From assembly GCA_002269645.1 (NCBI GenBank), contig NIVC01000685.1, positions 31,190 to 95,189 on the forward strand: DNA of 64,000 nucleotides. Direction: 5' to 3'. The notes beneath the pieces are model-generated. The model was not told the origin of the DNA. It saw only the letters and a list, made by a program, of their open reading frames with translations, and searched no databases. Position numbers and translations under genes: made by a program. Positions 61,268 through 64,000 of this stretch are shown in pieces. Source of the DNA: Macrostomum lignano. Lineage: Eukaryota. Within the stretch, counting starts at the first letter, position 1. Each line of letters opens with the position of its first letter.

Positions 61268-62347
61268 ATGGAGACTTCGAATAGCAGCGAAATCAAAAGT
61301 TCAAATAGTACCGCAATGGCAGCAGTGGAAAGTGCCGCTGCTGCTGATGCCAACAGTACGACCGGACCAACGACGAGTGTCCTAACGACGTCAAATCCGT
61401 CTTATTTAAACACAACTACTATCGACACGACTACATCAGCTCCAACAGCTCAGCCAACTGTGCCACCAGCGAAATTACATACAGCCTATATCTTTGTCGG
61501 GTTTCTGTGCATCTTGGTAGTATTGCTACTGCTGGTACTGTACTTTCTGTTGTTTAGAAAGCGTCAAACGCACGGATCGCAGCAGCGATTAATCGACGAT
61601 GGCAACAGGAACAAACATGATAAAAACTGGCTTGAAGCTGGCAAAAAGTTTGAGACTGTTGCAGATCGCTTCTCGAAGCATCGCGAGCTCGATGCGGCCA
61701 ACAATTACTCGGAGGCTGCGAACTGCTACCGCAAGCTGCCAGACACGAGACTGAAGGCCGTGCGGTGCCTGCAGCAAGCGGCCGAGATGTACGCAGAGCA
61801 GGGCCAGTTCAGCATCGCTGCCAGACAGCTGGAGGAGGCTGGAGACCTGCTGGCTGCATCTCAGCAAGTCGAGGAGGCCATCGATGTCTACGTGAGAGCG
61901 GCGGACTTCTGGAGCGGCCAGGACAGTCCGGCCAGCGCTGCGGGCAGCCGCGCCAAGGCCGCAGAGTTGATGGCGGACTGCGGGAGGCTGGCAGAGGCAG
62001 CCGCAGTGTTTGAGGATCTGGGAGTGTCGGCTGAGCAGCACAGTCTGTTGAGCTTCGGAGCCAAGGACCACCTGGCCAAGAGCTGTCTGTGCCTGCTGTG
62101 CTCAGGAGCTGCGGGAGTCGGCGAGAAGGCGGAGCAGCTGGCTGTGCTGTGCGGCTCGTTCAAGGACACCGACGAGCTCTCGCTGGTGAGGTCGCTGGCT
62201 TCGGCTACCGACGCTCGCGACGTCGCAGCCGTCGACGCCGCGGTGTCCGAGTTCGAGAGGTTCAACAACTTGGACGACTTCGCCAGGAGGAGGCTGGACC
62301 AGCTGAGACAGTTTTTAGCTACTGGTGACAGTGTGCAGTTACTGTAA
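61268..62347 (+). CDS. Alpha-SNAP-like protein B5 (359 aa): Ser/Thr-rich N-terminus, TM helix, RKR, SNAP domain
   Basis: Intact ORF from ATG 61268 (frame open from 61208). TM AYIFVGFLCILVVLLLLVLYFLLF is followed by RKR and the B cassette ending VQLL*. Confidence 0.9.
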   Translation: METSNSSEIKSSNSTAMAAVESAAAADANSTTGPTTSVLTTSNPSYLNTTTIDTTTSAPTAQPTVPPAKLHTAYIFVGFLCILVVLLLLVLYFLLFRKRQTHGSQQRLIDDGNRNKHDKNWLEAGKKFETVADRFSKHRELDAANNYSEAANCYRKLPDTRLKAVRCLQQAAEMYAEQGQFSIAARQLEEAGDLLAASQQVEEAIDVYVRAADFWSGQDSPASAAGSRAKAAELMADCGRLAEAAAVFEDLGVSAEQHSLLSFGAKDHLAKSCLCLLCSGAAGVGEKAEQLAVLCGSFKDTDELSLVRSLASATDARDVAAVDAAVSEFERFNNLDDFARRRLDQLRQFLATGDSVQLL

Positions 62348-63514
62348 GTAGCAGCCTGAGTATTAATATATTCGGCATTGGACTCGACTCAATCCTACTA
62401 TGTCTTGGAGGTTTAAGTTTGCATGCCAAAGCCATAATGATGATAAGGCGAGAAATCTCCAGCTTTCTATTGTATGATTCTGCTGTTGTAGTTTATTATA
62501 AGTATTCTACTGGTTTATAAATCTGCGAAGTACAAGGCTCAGCAATAATGCCAACTTCGTGGAAATTGTAGGAATCTTCTTCCATATGTTGCTGTCGACA
62601 AAATCTTTTTATCATTTGAATTATACGGTGGTTTGAATTTACCAACATATGTTTTGTGCAATGTAATTTTTTCATGTAATTGTTTATTTCATTTTCCTCG
62701 AAACGGTATTTTTCGCAAAGTTATGAGTCCAATTTCTATTGCAAAGTTTATTATGCTAATCTGGAATTTGTTAGTCGCCCCAATCTTAGATTAACCAACA
62801 CAACACCCGAGTATAAAGTTTGTTTGTTTATTTTTTGCTGACTTTCTATTTCAGTCTGTTTGGCTTGAACTGCTTTAGTGCAGGAACACTCAAATTCTCT
62901 CTCTCCTTGTGTAGACATATATTTTAGTCTCTCTCCTCGCTCCATTCTGATTGGCTGCCGCGGTTCTTAACTCAACGCTTATCTCTCTCCTCTCTGCCCC
63001 TACCACCATCGTTTTTACCACCAGCGGACACCCGCGTAGGAAAAAAATAGGGCGTGAGAACAGAAAAAAGTGCAAATTGACTTGAACATGGACATCTAGA
63101 CACTTGGATTAGAGAACTAGCAAAAATAGATTATTATCAAACAGGAAAATAATCAATCTGTGTCAATTTAGCAATGCTTTACTATTTAACAGCCGGTACT
63201 TTTGTTTTTCTTGCGTCTTAAAATTTGCTTTTAGTCCCAGTGTCTTCTCTAGTTACTGTTTACATGGTCTGTCTAATATGGCGCTCTATCCATTTGTATG
63301 GCTTGCTTTTCAAATCATTTACTAGCCAAGGACTTCTGGAAGTAGCAGCAGAGAGTTGAACTGGAAGCTAGAAGGCAACGCGGCTCCATGTTGACGCCAA
63401 TGTGGTGGCTACTGTTATTTCTTATATCTGAAAATTACCGCCCCAAGCAGTGTTTTGGATTTGGCTAGACCAAGTGAGTCCTTTGATCCCCAAGTGAAGG
63501 TGTTGAGGCGGAGC

Positions 63515-63800
63515 TGCTCAGCGGTAATAAACGCCCACGACCCCTAGTTCGATTGAGTACGCAAACACATTCATTTGGGGCTTGTGTGCACGAAAATGGA
63601 GGCTGTCGTGAGATTCACAGCCATGAGGGCCAACCCCCAAGGCACAGAGTGCACATGCCTGACCGATTAGATAGCCAGGACCGCTGTACACCCTGTGTGA
63701 GCGTGTGCATGAGTGCCGTGCCTGCGTACACAGCGTATCGGCGCGCTTGTGTGTGCTGAGGAGTCAGCGGAGTGCGCAGAATTGTCTCAGCGCTGGTTGT
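63515..63800 (+). mobile_element. Diverged relative of the tRNA-derived SINE; ends approximate
   Basis: Shares gagggccaacccccaaggcacag...tgtaca.c..gtgag.gtgtg with 60810-60900. It has A-box-like gctcagcgg and B-box-like agttcgatt upstream. Confidence 0.6.
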
Positions 63801-64000
63801 GAGAGGATTTCGTTAAAGGCGTAGCATTATTTCCAGCTTCCAGTCCACCTGGTAATATTTTTAGAAGTCCCTGTACAAGCTTTTTAAAGTAGGTCAATTT
63901 TAACGATAGCTTTTATTTTATTTTACGTTAAACATATCCGAATTAGTTATAGTTTCTGCGCATATTTATTCAGTAATAACTAAATGTTTGCTCTGGCGCC

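Overview
Eukaryotic (metazoan-like) genomic DNA. The basis is tRNA-derived SINEs, a non-LTR retrotransposon, AT-rich intergenic DNA and splice-acceptor motifs; no prokaryotic features were seen. From left to right: (1) the 3' part of a SAMD9/SAMD9L-family gene (2-3733) interrupted by one in-frame TAA; (2) small minisatellites and an internally deleted LOA/R1-like LINE that retains RNase H; (3) a tandem, same-strand array of eight intron-less alpha-SNAP (NAPA/Sec17)-like genes (14.4-62.3 kb) in two subfamilies ordered A-B-A-B-A-B-B-B. All eight lack the canonical alpha-SNAP N-terminus. Six carry hydrophobic or transmembrane N-terminal modules instead. The B copies share a near-identical GC-rich SNAP cassette, and all eight keep the penultimate Leu needed for NSF stimulation. 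The first A copy contains a 27-kb, ~1,286-unit, 21-bp coding minisatellite (QTTKADD/QTTKTEG) that is present as 12 units and ~1 unit in its two paralogs. The best candidate for an undescribed system is this diversified array of membrane-tethered alpha-SNAP-like proteins next to a SAMD9-like gene. All homology calls are by eye from recalled family motifs; no searches were run.
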